In this document: positions 16,008 to 23,568 of the stretch, piece after piece
Numbering within the stretch: the first letter of the stretch is position 1
Layout: every line of letters begins with the position of its first letter
Assembly: GCA_964424695.1 (NCBI GenBank)
Contig: CAYRKE010000039.1
Span: forward strand, 15,095-38,662
Source: an uncultured Polyangiaceae bacterium
Lineage (GTDB): Bacteria > Myxococcota_A > Polyangia > Polyangiales > Polyangiaceae
Length of the DNA: 23,568 nucleotides
Reading direction: 5' to 3'
Notes under the pieces: generated by a model
What the model saw: the letters and a program-made list of their open reading frames with translations, nothing else
Told to the model about the DNA's origin: nothing
Database searches by the model: none
Made by a program: the position numbers and the translations under genes

Positions 16008-16664
16008 ATGACTCCCGCAGACAATGCGACGACCCCGATCGAATCCCTCGGCCCCCCCAGGCGGGTCATCAAGCGTTACTCAAACCGCAAGCTCTATGAC
16101 ACCCAGGATAGTCGATACGTCACCCTTCAGCAGGTCGCGGAGCTGGTCAGAGAGGGTATCGACGTCCAGGTCATCGACAACGCGACTCGCGAGGACAAGA
16201 CCGACGTCACGCTGGCGCTCATCATTTCGGAGGAACTCAGAACCCGGCCGCGGGGCATACCGATCTCGACCCTGAAGATGCTCGTGCGAGCGCGGGGTGA
16301 GAAGCTCCTCCTCCAGCTGAAGGGAGGAGCACTGGGTAGTTTCTTCACCAAGGACGACCCGTCCGAGACCGCGTCAGACGCGAGTGAGGGTCACCCCCCC
16401 CAGGTCCCCTTCAATGACCCCGAGCGACTGGCCAACGGACCGCCCGAGACGGATGGCACCGCGACGGGGTTCTGGGCCACACTTGAGCAGTGGCAGCGTA
16501 CAGTCGATGATTGGCAGCACTCGGTGGATGAACGGATGCGAGCGGTGCTACCAAGTTTCACTGCCTTCAGAGACCTACAGCAGGAGACGGCTCAGCTGCG
16601 CGACCGTGTTGCGGCCCTCGAACGGAGACTCGAAGAGCTACAGGCTCGTTCGGCTTCGGAATAG
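16008..16664 (+). CDS. PhaR-like regulator (PHA-synthesis-regulator N-terminal DNA-binding domain, with a coiled-coil C-terminus)
   Basis: IKRYSNRKLYDTQDSRYVTLQQVAELVREGIDVQVIDNATREDKTDVTLALIISEE matches the PHB_acc_N/PhaR DNA-binding domain. I prefer the ATG at 16008 (GGAGG at 15994-15998, 9 nt upstream) over the track start at 15918. Confidence 0.8.
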   Translation: MTPADNATTPIESLGPPRRVIKRYSNRKLYDTQDSRYVTLQQVAELVREGIDVQVIDNATREDKTDVTLALIISEELRTRPRGIPISTLKMLVRARGEKLLLQLKGGALGSFFTKDDPSETASDASEGHPPQVPFNDPERLANGPPETDGTATGFWATLEQWQRTVDDWQHSVDERMRAVLPSFTAFRDLQQETAQLRDRVAALERRLEELQARSASE

Positions 16665-16683
16665 ACGAGGCAGGTCCATGGTT
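16658..16683 (+). promoter_or_regulatory. Candidate ECF-type autoregulatory promoter, GGAAT-N18-GTT
   Basis: GGAAT is at 16658-16662, followed by exactly 18 nt and then GTT at 16681-16683. The motif ends 20 nt before the sigma-factor ATG at 16703. A GAAGG Shine-Dalgarno candidate sits at 16693-16697. In my manual scan this was the only plus-strand GGAAT-N18-GTT in the window. Confidence 0.35.
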
Positions 16684-16702
16684 ACGGTGCCTGAAGGTCG
16701 CG

Positions 16703-17362
16703 ATGCAAGAACCACGACACCAAACCAGCCTATCGACCGACGAATTCGAGACCGAGGCTCTGGCGCACCTGGATTCGCTCTATGCGGTTGCGATGCGGCT
16801 TACCCGCAACGGCTCCGACAGTGAGGACCTGGTTCAGGACACCTTCGTCAAGGCGATGCGTGCGCGCACGCAGTTCGTTCCAGGCACCAGTATCCGCGCA
16901 TGGTTGCTGCGCATCATGACCAACACCTTCATCAACCGCTACCGAAGGGGCGGACTCGAACGGAGCGTGTTCGAGAGTCCGGATTCTGATCCATTGTCCG
17001 ACGGTTGGGTCGGAGCATCTACCCTCAAGGCCATGCGGGACCCCGAGTCACAAGCCCTGAGGCCAATGTTGGAGAGGGAGATTCAGAACGCTCTGGACGG
17101 GCTTCCCGATGAGTTTCGGCTGGCAGTGATGCTCGCTGACGTCGAGGAACTCTCGTACCAGGAGGCTGCCGACGCCATGGGGTGCCCGATAGGAACCGTA
17201 ATGTCCCGCTTGCACCGCGGGCGCAGGTTGTTGAAGGCCAAGTTGTACGACGTGGCTCGCGAAATGGGCCTGGTTGGACCAGAAGAGGAGATCGGCGAGT
17301 CGTCCCCCTCTAGCCCCGTCGACCTTGCATCGTACCGCAAGCAGAGGGCGGCCTCGTCATGA
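16703..17362 (+). CDS. ECF-type RNA polymerase sigma factor (sigma-70 family, regions 2 and 4)
   Basis: Region 2 is DLVQDTFVKAMRARTQFVPGTSIRAWLLRIMTNTFINRYRR. Region 4 is LPDEFRLAVMLADVEELSYQEAADAMGCPIGTVMSRLHRGRRLLK. Its stop overlaps the next start (ATGA at 17359-17362). Confidence 0.9.
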   Translation: MQEPRHQTSLSTDEFETEALAHLDSLYAVAMRLTRNGSDSEDLVQDTFVKAMRARTQFVPGTSIRAWLLRIMTNTFINRYRRGGLERSVFESPDSDPLSDGWVGASTLKAMRDPESQALRPMLEREIQNALDGLPDEFRLAVMLADVEELSYQEAADAMGCPIGTVMSRLHRGRRLLKAKLYDVAREMGLVGPEEEIGESSPSSPVDLASYRKQRAASS

Positions 17363-18273
17363 ACGACTGCAGGCGTGTCCAGGCCGTCATTGAAGCCTTC
17401 GCTGACGGCGAGCTCACTCCAATTCGCGTGCTCGACGTTGAACAGCACATTGAGCATTGCCCGCATTGCGCCGAAAGGCTTCGATTCGACCATGCCGTGC
17501 GCGTGAGCACGCAGCGCATCGTACATCGCTGCGCGGCCCCCGAGGCTCTGCGCACGCGAATTCGTGACTCACTTGCGGCGGAGCGACAACGAGAGCGCAG
17601 CGCGGCAGCAAAGTCCCGGGTTCCGCCCAGTTCTCGTTGGTTGCCCTGGCGAGTCATCACCCCGCTCGCAGCGGCGGCGGCAGCCACGCTGGTCTGGGGA
17701 GCACAGCGTTCGCCCGCCGACGAGCCTGGCGGGGGTCGGGTTGCGGTGAGCTCGGTCGCTCCTGTTGGAAATCCGACCTCGCGGCTCGAACAGATGCTGG
17801 AGGAGTTCGTCGATTATCACTCTCGAGCCCCCGCCCCTGAGTTCACTGAGCCTGCCCTGATGGCACAACTCGAGCCGGAAGTTGGCCTTCCCGTCAGGGT
17901 TCCGGTGCTCAGCCAGTACGGTGCCGCATGGGAAGGAGGAGGCCTCGTCTCCCCAAGCCGAGGCCTCCGTGCCGCTTCGCTTCGCTATCGCATCGGGCAG
18001 CATCGCATTACGGTATATCTCTACGACTCCGCACAGTTCCCGTTGCGCGCAACCCTCGAGCCTCGGGTCGTGGGAGGGCTCCCGGTGTACGTGGGAGCGC
18101 GGCGCGGCTACTCGATTGCGGCCGCCGAGCGACGGGGTATTGGCTACGCCCTCGCAACGGATCTCGGCAACGACGAAAGCGCCGAACTGGCAGCCGCTCT
18201 GGCGCAAAACGGCGAGGAGGCCGGCAACGAGGACGTGGGTCTCGACCTGGGCTTCGAGACCGAGAAGTTCTGA
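17359..18273 (+). CDS. Membrane-spanning zinc-binding (ZAS, H-x3-C-x2-C) anti-sigma factor
   Basis: The N-terminal anti-sigma domain contains HIEHCPHC (17446-17469). One hydrophobic helix, RVITPLAAAAAATLVWGA, is followed by an extracytoplasmic domain of about 190 aa. The gene is translationally coupled to the sigma gene. Confidence 0.85.
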   Translation: MNDCRRVQAVIEAFADGELTPIRVLDVEQHIEHCPHCAERLRFDHAVRVSTQRIVHRCAAPEALRTRIRDSLAAERQRERSAAAKSRVPPSSRWLPWRVITPLAAAAAATLVWGAQRSPADEPGGGRVAVSSVAPVGNPTSRLEQMLEEFVDYHSRAPAPEFTEPALMAQLEPEVGLPVRVPVLSQYGAAWEGGGLVSPSRGLRAASLRYRIGQHRITVYLYDSAQFPLRATLEPRVVGGLPVYVGARRGYSIAAAERRGIGYALATDLGNDESAELAAALAQNGEEAGNEDVGLDLGFETEKF

Positions 18274-18364
18274 CGCGAAGAGTGGCGCATTCCGCCGGTC
18301 ACCGGGTTGCCCTGCTTGAGAATCGGATCAATGTGAAGCTCCTTCACCCCACAGGAGAATCGCG

Positions 18365-19318
18365 TTGGACCTCCTCTTCGCCATGGATCCGCCGGAAAGC
18401 ATGCTCCCGGACAAGGATACGAGCTTCGCATTCATGCGCGCGGCACTCGCGCGTGGACACCGCTGCTACCACTGCCTCATCCACCAAATCTGCTGCGACG
18501 GTGACGTGGTCCGCGCGAAGGCTCGCAGCATCAAGGTGTCGCAGCAATCCCCACACTATACCCTGGGGAGTGTCGAGGACCTTCGCCTAACCGAAATTTC
18601 GGCAGTGTTCGTGCGGAAGGACCCGCCATTCGACACGGCCTACGCACACCTGACACGTCTGCTCGATCTGGTGAAGCGCCGGACACTGATCATCAACGAT
18701 CCGACATCGCTTCGGGACGCAAACGAAAAGCTCTTCGCCCTGCACTTCCCCCACCTGACACCACGAACCCTAGTGGCGGCAGATCCGGACCAGATTCGCC
18801 AATTCGTTGGCGAAGTCGGCGGCCAAGCCGTCCTCAAACCGCTGGATGGCGCCGGCGGTAGTGGGGTCGTGGCACTCCGCCTCGGGGACCCCAACGTGCG
18901 CGCGCTCATCGACATGCTCACGCTCGAGGGGCGAAGGCTCGCGCTGGTTCAAGAGTTTCTGCCGGCAGTCCGTCACGGAGACAAGCGCGTTCTCCTTCTC
19001 GATGGCCGCGCTCTCGGCGCTATTCGGCGAGTGCCGCAAGACGACGACATTCGGGCTAACATCCACGTCGGGGGCCGGGTCCTGCCGACGAGCCTCACCG
19101 AAGCCGAGCAGGCAATCGTCGACGAGGTGGGCGCCGAGCTGCGACGGCGTGGACTCTGGTTTGTGGGCATCGACCTCATCGCCGAACGGTTGATAGAGAT
19201 CAACGTCACAAGCCCCACCGGGATCCAGGAATTGGGTCAGCACCAGGGAAGGCTGCCCGAGGATGACGTGATCGCTTGGACGGAAACACGCGTAGCCCTC
19301 CTCAAGGACCAGAGCTAA
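18365..19318 (+). CDS. gshB: Glutathione synthetase (prokaryotic ATP-grasp type)
   Basis: It aligns by eye with E. coli GshB from the N-terminus (MDPPESMLPDKDTSFAFMRAALARGH vs MDPIANINIKKDSSFAMLLEAQRRGY). Further matches are VRKDPPFD, NEKLF, LKPLDGAGG, GDKRVLLLDG and IEINVTSPTG. The start is TTG at 18365, with AGGAG at 18353-18357 lying 7 nt upstream. Confidence 0.9.
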   Translation: MDLLFAMDPPESMLPDKDTSFAFMRAALARGHRCYHCLIHQICCDGDVVRAKARSIKVSQQSPHYTLGSVEDLRLTEISAVFVRKDPPFDTAYAHLTRLLDLVKRRTLIINDPTSLRDANEKLFALHFPHLTPRTLVAADPDQIRQFVGEVGGQAVLKPLDGAGGSGVVALRLGDPNVRALIDMLTLEGRRLALVQEFLPAVRHGDKRVLLLDGRALGAIRRVPQDDDIRANIHVGGRVLPTSLTEAEQAIVDEVGAELRRRGLWFVGIDLIAERLIEINVTSPTGIQELGQHQGRLPEDDVIAWTETRVALLKDQS

Positions 19319-19333
19319 GCCCGAGCAACGCGG

Positions 19334-20695
19334 TCACTCTGGACCTGAGGCTGGCTCGTTCGATGCTGAAGCACCATCAACCGCCGACTGCGACGCGGTC
19401 ACGGAATTCTGGGTGGGGCCGGGGGCTGTACTGAATCGACGCCCCTCAACCTCGCGATGAGAGACTGCAGTGTAGCGACGCTTGAAGGCCAGGAACCGGT
19501 TCCCAAGGAAATTGAAGGACATGCCCGCCGCGATGCCGCAGAGCGCAGCGAGCTGCGGGCCCAGACGAACGTCGTGCCAATACGACGACACCAATAACCA
19601 TGCCACGGCGTACTGCGCGCCAAGACCCACGACCGACGCCGCCACGAGGCCTGCAAGCCGCTTTTGCGCGTTCCCCTCGTTCGCATCGCCAAGCGCGAAT
19701 CGGCGATTGATCCACAGATTGGTAAGGGCGCTCATAACGACGCCCCCCGCCAGACCGAGCCACACGGGAGCCCCTCCTGAGAGAAGCGCGGTCAGAACCG
19801 ACAAATTGACGAGGGTGCCGAAGGCACCGACGACCAGGAACCGCGAGAAGAACGTGGCCCTGCCGAACTTGTACGCGTACAAGCGACGCAGGTGCTGGAG
19901 ATACTTCAACTGCTCGCCAAGGGTCAACTTGCTCTGACCGCGAGTCCGCTGGGCGAAGTGGATCGGGATCTCGCCGATGTTCTCGAGGCCGCACTTGACC
20001 ATGAACTCGAGGGCGATCTTGTACCCGATGGGGCGAAGGTCCGTGGCACGCTCGAAGTCGCGCTTCCGCATGGCAAAAAAGCCTGCCATTGGATCTCTCG
20101 CGTTAGTCAGAGGACGTGCGAGCAGAGTCGCCACTCGGCTGTTGAGCCACCGGAAGATCCCCCAGTCATCGTGCGTGGCCCCTCCCGACACGTAGCGTGA
20201 ACCGAGAGCGAAGTCCTGTCCGGAGGCGAGCGCGAGAAGCAGCTCGGGGATCTTCTCTGGCGGATGGCTCAAATCCGCATCCATACAGACGATGATCGGG
20301 TAGCGCGCGAGTCGAAACCCATCCACGACGGCCGCACTGAGCCCCCGATCGGTGCGGCGGACCACAATCCGTACCCAGTCCTGACCCGAGACCTCGACAG
20401 CCTCGGTGCTTCCATCACGGCTGTCGTCGTCCATGATCAGCAGCTCCAGCTGGACTCCGTGTTCCACGCGAAGAGCAGCAAGACGTTTGATCAACGCGGG
20501 TATGTTCTCTGCTTCACGAAACGTCGGTACGACTACGCTAATCGGCGTCAGGATCTGCACCCGCGCGATCACGTCTTCGTCACCTGGACGTGCGACGGGA
20601 GATGCCTCTGGGGGTGACGCCTGGTTCGACACGGACATGCTTCTCTTCGTGACTAGCATTCCTGGCCCCAGGAGTTCTACGGTGACAACGCGCAT
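19334..20695 (-). CDS. GT2 polyprenol-phosphate glycosyltransferase (dolichol-P-mannose synthase-like) fused to a C-terminal GtrA-like membrane domain
   Basis: The GT2 core is ISVVVPTFREAENI...LIMDDDSRDGS...VCMDADLSHPPE...GSRY. The C-terminal 4-helix region with FLVVGAFGTLVNL...NRRFAL...FNFLGNRFLAFK is GtrA-like. The track ORF to 21025 overlaps the upstream kinase gene. Plausible starts are the ATGs at 20695, 20659 and 20638, and I cannot choose among them. Confidence 0.8.
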   Translation of the reverse strand: MRVVTVELLGPGMLVTKRSMSVSNQASPPEASPVARPGDEDVIARVQILTPISVVVPTFREAENIPALIKRLAALRVEHGVQLELLIMDDDSRDGSTEAVEVSGQDWVRIVVRRTDRGLSAAVVDGFRLARYPIIVCMDADLSHPPEKIPELLLALASGQDFALGSRYVSGGATHDDWGIFRWLNSRVATLLARPLTNARDPMAGFFAMRKRDFERATDLRPIGYKIALEFMVKCGLENIGEIPIHFAQRTRGQSKLTLGEQLKYLQHLRRLYAYKFGRATFFSRFLVVGAFGTLVNLSVLTALLSGGAPVWLGLAGGVVMSALTNLWINRRFALGDANEGNAQKRLAGLVAASVVGLGAQYAVAWLLVSSYWHDVRLGPQLAALCGIAAGMSFNFLGNRFLAFKRRYTAVSHREVEGRRFSTAPGPTQNSVTASQSAVDGASASNEPASGPE

Positions 20696-20793
20696 TTGTG
20701 CTCTGCGTGCACAATCATCCGCTGCAGCAGCCTGAGTACGGCATGCCCCCAGCGCCAGTCCGCCCGAGAGTTGGGTCCCGGGACCAACCGCCG

Positions 20794-22734
20794 TTACGCG
20801 TGGGAAGGGCGCTTGCCGATTGCTCGACGCACGAGGTTCTGCAGAGCATCGACGGTGAACGGTTTGTCGATGCGGCGATTCGGCACACGCGCCAAGAACT
20901 GTGCCGCTTCGGCCGTGAAGGCGCCGCCCGTCATGAAGACGAACTTCCGCTCCTGTCCGGGACGGTTGAGACGTACGGCGTGGTAGAGATCCGAGCCACT
21001 GAGCTCGGGCATCATGAGGTCGCAAAACACGACGTCATACGTTGGATCGGACAGAAGCGTCCGCAGTGCAGCACGGGGATTGTCATGGAACGACACTTCG
21101 TGATCGTCCTGAAGCATCAATCTGAGCGCTCGACCAACGGCCGGATCATCATCGACCACGAGGATCCGACCATGGTGGGGGCGAGAAGGCGGAATGGATG
21201 ATGGCGCGGGAACGAGCGAGAGAGGCGCCTCAGACTGCGCCGACACGGGCAACTCAACTCGAAAGACGGCAGCGGGTCCCGGTGCGGCGACGAGCGACAG
21301 CGCCCCCCCCATCGAGGCCAAGATATGCTCGCACACCGAGATCCCGACGTGCACGGGGTCGAGTGACTCTGCGAGCTTGCCAAGCGAAAATGCATCTAGA
21401 AGAGCATCAAGATTCGGAGCGGGGTGGTAGACGACGTCACAGAAGAGCCGCTCCCCCTGCTCATGCGCAGTAATACTCACGGTACAGTGTTCCCGGGAGC
21501 CCTCAGGCAGCGACTGGGCGGCACAGAGTAGCAGGTTGAGAAACGCCTGCTCGAGACGTGTGCGCACTGCGTGGACCTTCGGTGTGCCAGCGCACCGCAA
21601 GAACAGGTCTGCTCGGTGGCGGATCTCATTGCCAACGAGTTCCAGTGTGGCATCAAGCACTTCTCGCAGGTCGACGGGCGATGGGCTGGAGTCGTCATCC
21701 CGGGCGAAGGCGCGCATACGCTTCACCACGGCAGCCATGCGGTCCGCCCCCTGTTGCGCCTCGGCGATGCGCAGACCGAACTCCGCCATATCGGTCTCAT
21801 CGTGCAGCCCCGCTGCGAGATGGTGGCACACATGCTCGAGATTCAAAAACACGTAGGTCAGCGGGTTGTTGATGGAGTGCGCGATTCCACCAGCAAGCAA
21901 TCCCAGCGCGGCGAGTCTATCAACGCGAAGCGCGTGACGCTCGGCGGTCCGCCGATCCGTGATATCCCGACCGAGACCGAGCAGTTCTTCCGAGTCTACC
22001 CCGAACGGCTTCGAAAGCTTGAGTTCAAGAGTATGTGTACTACCCTGCGGCGATTGCAGGTGAACGTCGAGAGCTCGATACTCGATGCGGTTCCCCTCGA
22101 CATCGCCAATCGCTTGTTCGAGCGCCGGTAAGTCCTCACTGTGAACCAAGTCGGCTAGGCGCAGCTCGGAAAATCCGGCATGCGGCGGCAAGCCAACCAT
22201 CTCACGAAATGCTGCGTTGACGTTTCGCACAGTAGGACCGCTCATGAGAAACGACGGAGTCGGAAGCAACATGAGCCACCGATCCAGCAGCAGGGCCGCA
22301 CGCGCGCGGGCCGTACTCAGCGAATCGTCGACCCTGGAACGTGAGAGAACGAGCAGAGCAAGGTCCTCAGACCCCGCGCGAACACGGTGTTCAACGACCT
22401 CGAGAGTCGTGATACGGTCACCGCCGGACGCGAGTGTCACGGAATAGCGAAGTGGCCAAGTCACTAGGGCGGCTCCACCTAGTCCCGGACTAGACGGGCG
22501 GGCACCGGATCGGCAGAAGTCTGGACTTGTGCCGAGCAACGACTGATCCTCCCTGTGACCCAGTAGCTCCGCGGCCTTTTCACTCACGTACACATACGTG
22601 CTGCGGTACTGGCCGAGGGCCACAAGCGCCACGCCCACCTCGCCCGCGTCCAAGGCACGGACAACACAAGAGCAGACTGCAGACAGATGCTCATCGTCGT
22701 AGATGCCCGGAGGTAGTTGGATTGGGGTTGGCAT
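20794..22734 (-). CDS. Hybrid sensor histidine kinase / response regulator (PAS-like, PAS, HisKA, degenerate HATPase_c, REC)
   Basis: The H-box is GGIAHSINNPL (His at residue 397 of the long ORF). REC has intact DD (VVDDD), D (FCDLMMP), T (MTGG) and K (DKPF). The HATPase region (21244-21579) lacks canonical N/G1/G2 boxes. The start is uncertain: ATG at 22734 (MPTPIQLPPG...) or up to 23067 as in the track. Confidence 0.75.
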   Translation of the reverse strand: MPTPIQLPPGIYDDEHLSAVCSCVVRALDAGEVGVALVALGQYRSTYVYVSEKAAELLGHREDQSLLGTSPDFCRSGARPSSPGLGGAALVTWPLRYSVTLASGGDRITTLEVVEHRVRAGSEDLALLVLSRSRVDDSLSTARARAALLLDRWLMLLPTPSFLMSGPTVRNVNAAFREMVGLPPHAGFSELRLADLVHSEDLPALEQAIGDVEGNRIEYRALDVHLQSPQGSTHTLELKLSKPFGVDSEELLGLGRDITDRRTAERHALRVDRLAALGLLAGGIAHSINNPLTYVFLNLEHVCHHLAAGLHDETDMAEFGLRIAEAQQGADRMAAVVKRMRAFARDDDSSPSPVDLREVLDATLELVGNEIRHRADLFLRCAGTPKVHAVRTRLEQAFLNLLLCAAQSLPEGSREHCTVSITAHEQGERLFCDVVYHPAPNLDALLDAFSLGKLAESLDPVHVGISVCEHILASMGGALSLVAAPGPAAVFRVELPVSAQSEAPLSLVPAPSSIPPSRPHHGRILVVDDDPAVGRALRLMLQDDHEVSFHDNPRAALRTLLSDPTYDVVFCDLMMPELSGSDLYHAVRLNRPGQERKFVFMTGGAFTAEAAQFLARVPNRRIDKPFTVDALQNLVRRAIGKRPSHA

Positions 22735-23117
22735 ACGCGCCGCAACGCGACTACGCGGCCTCCGATGAGCCAACCCGACCGCGGCCGCGCTGGAGTCCGG
22801 ACAGGCAGGCGCGTTTTCAGTATGCTCGAAAGACGGTCCGCGCAACTTGCTCTTCCGTATCCTCTGGCGCTTGTCTCGAACCGCCGTCCCCCCAAGAAGA
22901 ACGACCGGCCACACGGTGCCGCCACACACTCCGTTAGGAAACGCTTCGCGTTCCCCTCCGAGGCTCGTCAACATACCGAAACGCCAAGGGAAAACACCGA
23001 TGGGTTCACAGTCGCCCATAACCAACCAGTCGACACTCGCCGTGCCGCGCCCAGCAGTAGAGCACACTGTCTAATGGGCCGAATTTGAATCTAATCCAGA
23101 CAATCGCAAACTCTCGC

Positions 23118-23146
23118 TTGCACGGTGAACATGTGACCGCTAGCTT
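23118..23146 (+). promoter_or_regulatory. Candidate sigma-70-type promoter for rplU-rpmA
   Basis: TTGCAC (23118-23123), a 17-nt spacer, then TAGCTT (23141-23146). A locally AT-richer stretch lies upstream (about 23072-23110, aatttgaatctaatcc) and could act as an UP element. The -10 match is weak, so this is tentative. Confidence 0.3.
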
Positions 23147-23161
23147 TCGCCGCCCTTCCCA

Positions 23162-23473
23162 ATGGCAACGGCACTAATCCGCAGCGGTAATAGGCAGTAC
23201 CGGGTTTCCGAAGGCGTCACCATTTCGGTTGAGCGCCTCGTCGGAGAGCCGGGACACAAGGTTCAGTTCGACGAGGTGTTGGCCGTGCTCGGCGACACCC
23301 CTCGATTCGGTCAGCCTCTTCTCGAAGGCGCCAAGGTCCAGGGCGAAATCGTCGCCCAGGGGCGTGGCGAGAAGCTGGTTGTGTTCAAGTTCAAGCGCCG
23401 CAAGCGGTTCCGGAAGAAGGCTGGCCACCGCCAGCCGTTCACTTCGGTCAAGATCACCAGCGTAGAGGTTTGA
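23162..23473 (+). CDS. rplU: 50S ribosomal protein L21
   Basis: RQYRVSEG...VQFDEVLAV...GAKV...GEKLVVFKFKRRKRFRKKAGHRQPFTSVKI is the L21 signature. Confidence 0.95.
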   Translation: MATALIRSGNRQYRVSEGVTISVERLVGEPGHKVQFDEVLAVLGDTPRFGQPLLEGAKVQGEIVAQGRGEKLVVFKFKRRKRFRKKAGHRQPFTSVKITSVEV

Positions 23474-23476
23474 TCC

Positions 23477-23568
23477 ATGGCGCACAAAAAAGGTGGCGGC
23501 TCTTCACGCAACGGTCATGACTCAAACCCGCAATACCGTGGAATCAAGGTCTACGGTGGCGAGTCGGT
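23477..23568 (+). CDS. rpmA: 50S ribosomal protein L27 (5' part only, runs off the window end)
   Basis: The ATG at 23477 opens [30 protein letters not shown], the conserved L27 N-terminus. It lies 3 nt after the rplU stop. It is missing from the ORF track because it is truncated by the window edge. Confidence 0.9.
   Translation, partial: MAHKKGGGSSRNGHDSNPQYRGIKVYGGES

Noticed and set aside
20696-21025. N-terminal extension of the GT2 ORF as listed in the track (to 21025)
   Set aside because: It overlaps the receiver domain of the upstream kinase in another frame, and the translation is Arg-rich junk. GT2 homology begins about 30 aa after the ATGs at 20638-20695.
1-23568. Search for CRISPR arrays, transposase, integrase or phage genes, toxin-antitoxin pairs, reverse transcriptase (retron or DGR) and known defence-system hallmarks
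   Set aside because: I recognised none. No spaced direct-repeat array and no recombinase or nuclease-NTPase gene clusters are present. Every large ORF is accounted for by housekeeping, envelope or signalling functions. Composition also looks uniform, with no obvious low-GC island.

Overview
High-GC chromosomal segment (roughly mid-60s % by eye, not computed). I assign it to Myxococcota from internal evidence: a MYXO-CTERM sorting tail, a TIGR02266-like PilZ protein, a Gly-linked Cys-rich lipoprotein, and dense ECF and two-component signalling genes. I can support 17 protein-coding genes, two of them cut by the window edges and so missing from the ORF track. I saw no rRNA, tRNA, CRISPR array, transposase, integrase or phage gene. 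Housekeeping genes (class I/II aminotransferase, ilvE, gshB, rplU-rpmA) alternate with envelope and sensory genes, so this reads as core chromosome rather than a mobile or defence island. I cannot point to a self-evident new multi-gene system. The most unusual items are single genes or gene pairs. (1) A lipoprotein with TIG-like and PDZ domains fused to a divergent orphan NuoH/ND1-like membrane domain that has lost the acidic loop motif. (2) A 1484-aa ATPase in which a catalytically dead P1B-like module is fused in front of an intact P2-type P-type ATPase, divergent from a PilZ gene with intact c-di-GMP motifs. (3) A secreted protein with four tandem 10-Cys modules that I cannot match to a named family. 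(4) An ECF sigma / membrane ZAS anti-sigma pair with an exact GGAAT-N18-GTT motif just upstream and gshB just downstream. (5) A hybrid histidine kinase whose ATP-binding boxes look degenerate. All homology calls come from motif reading, not from searches. Start codons are the least certain coordinates.
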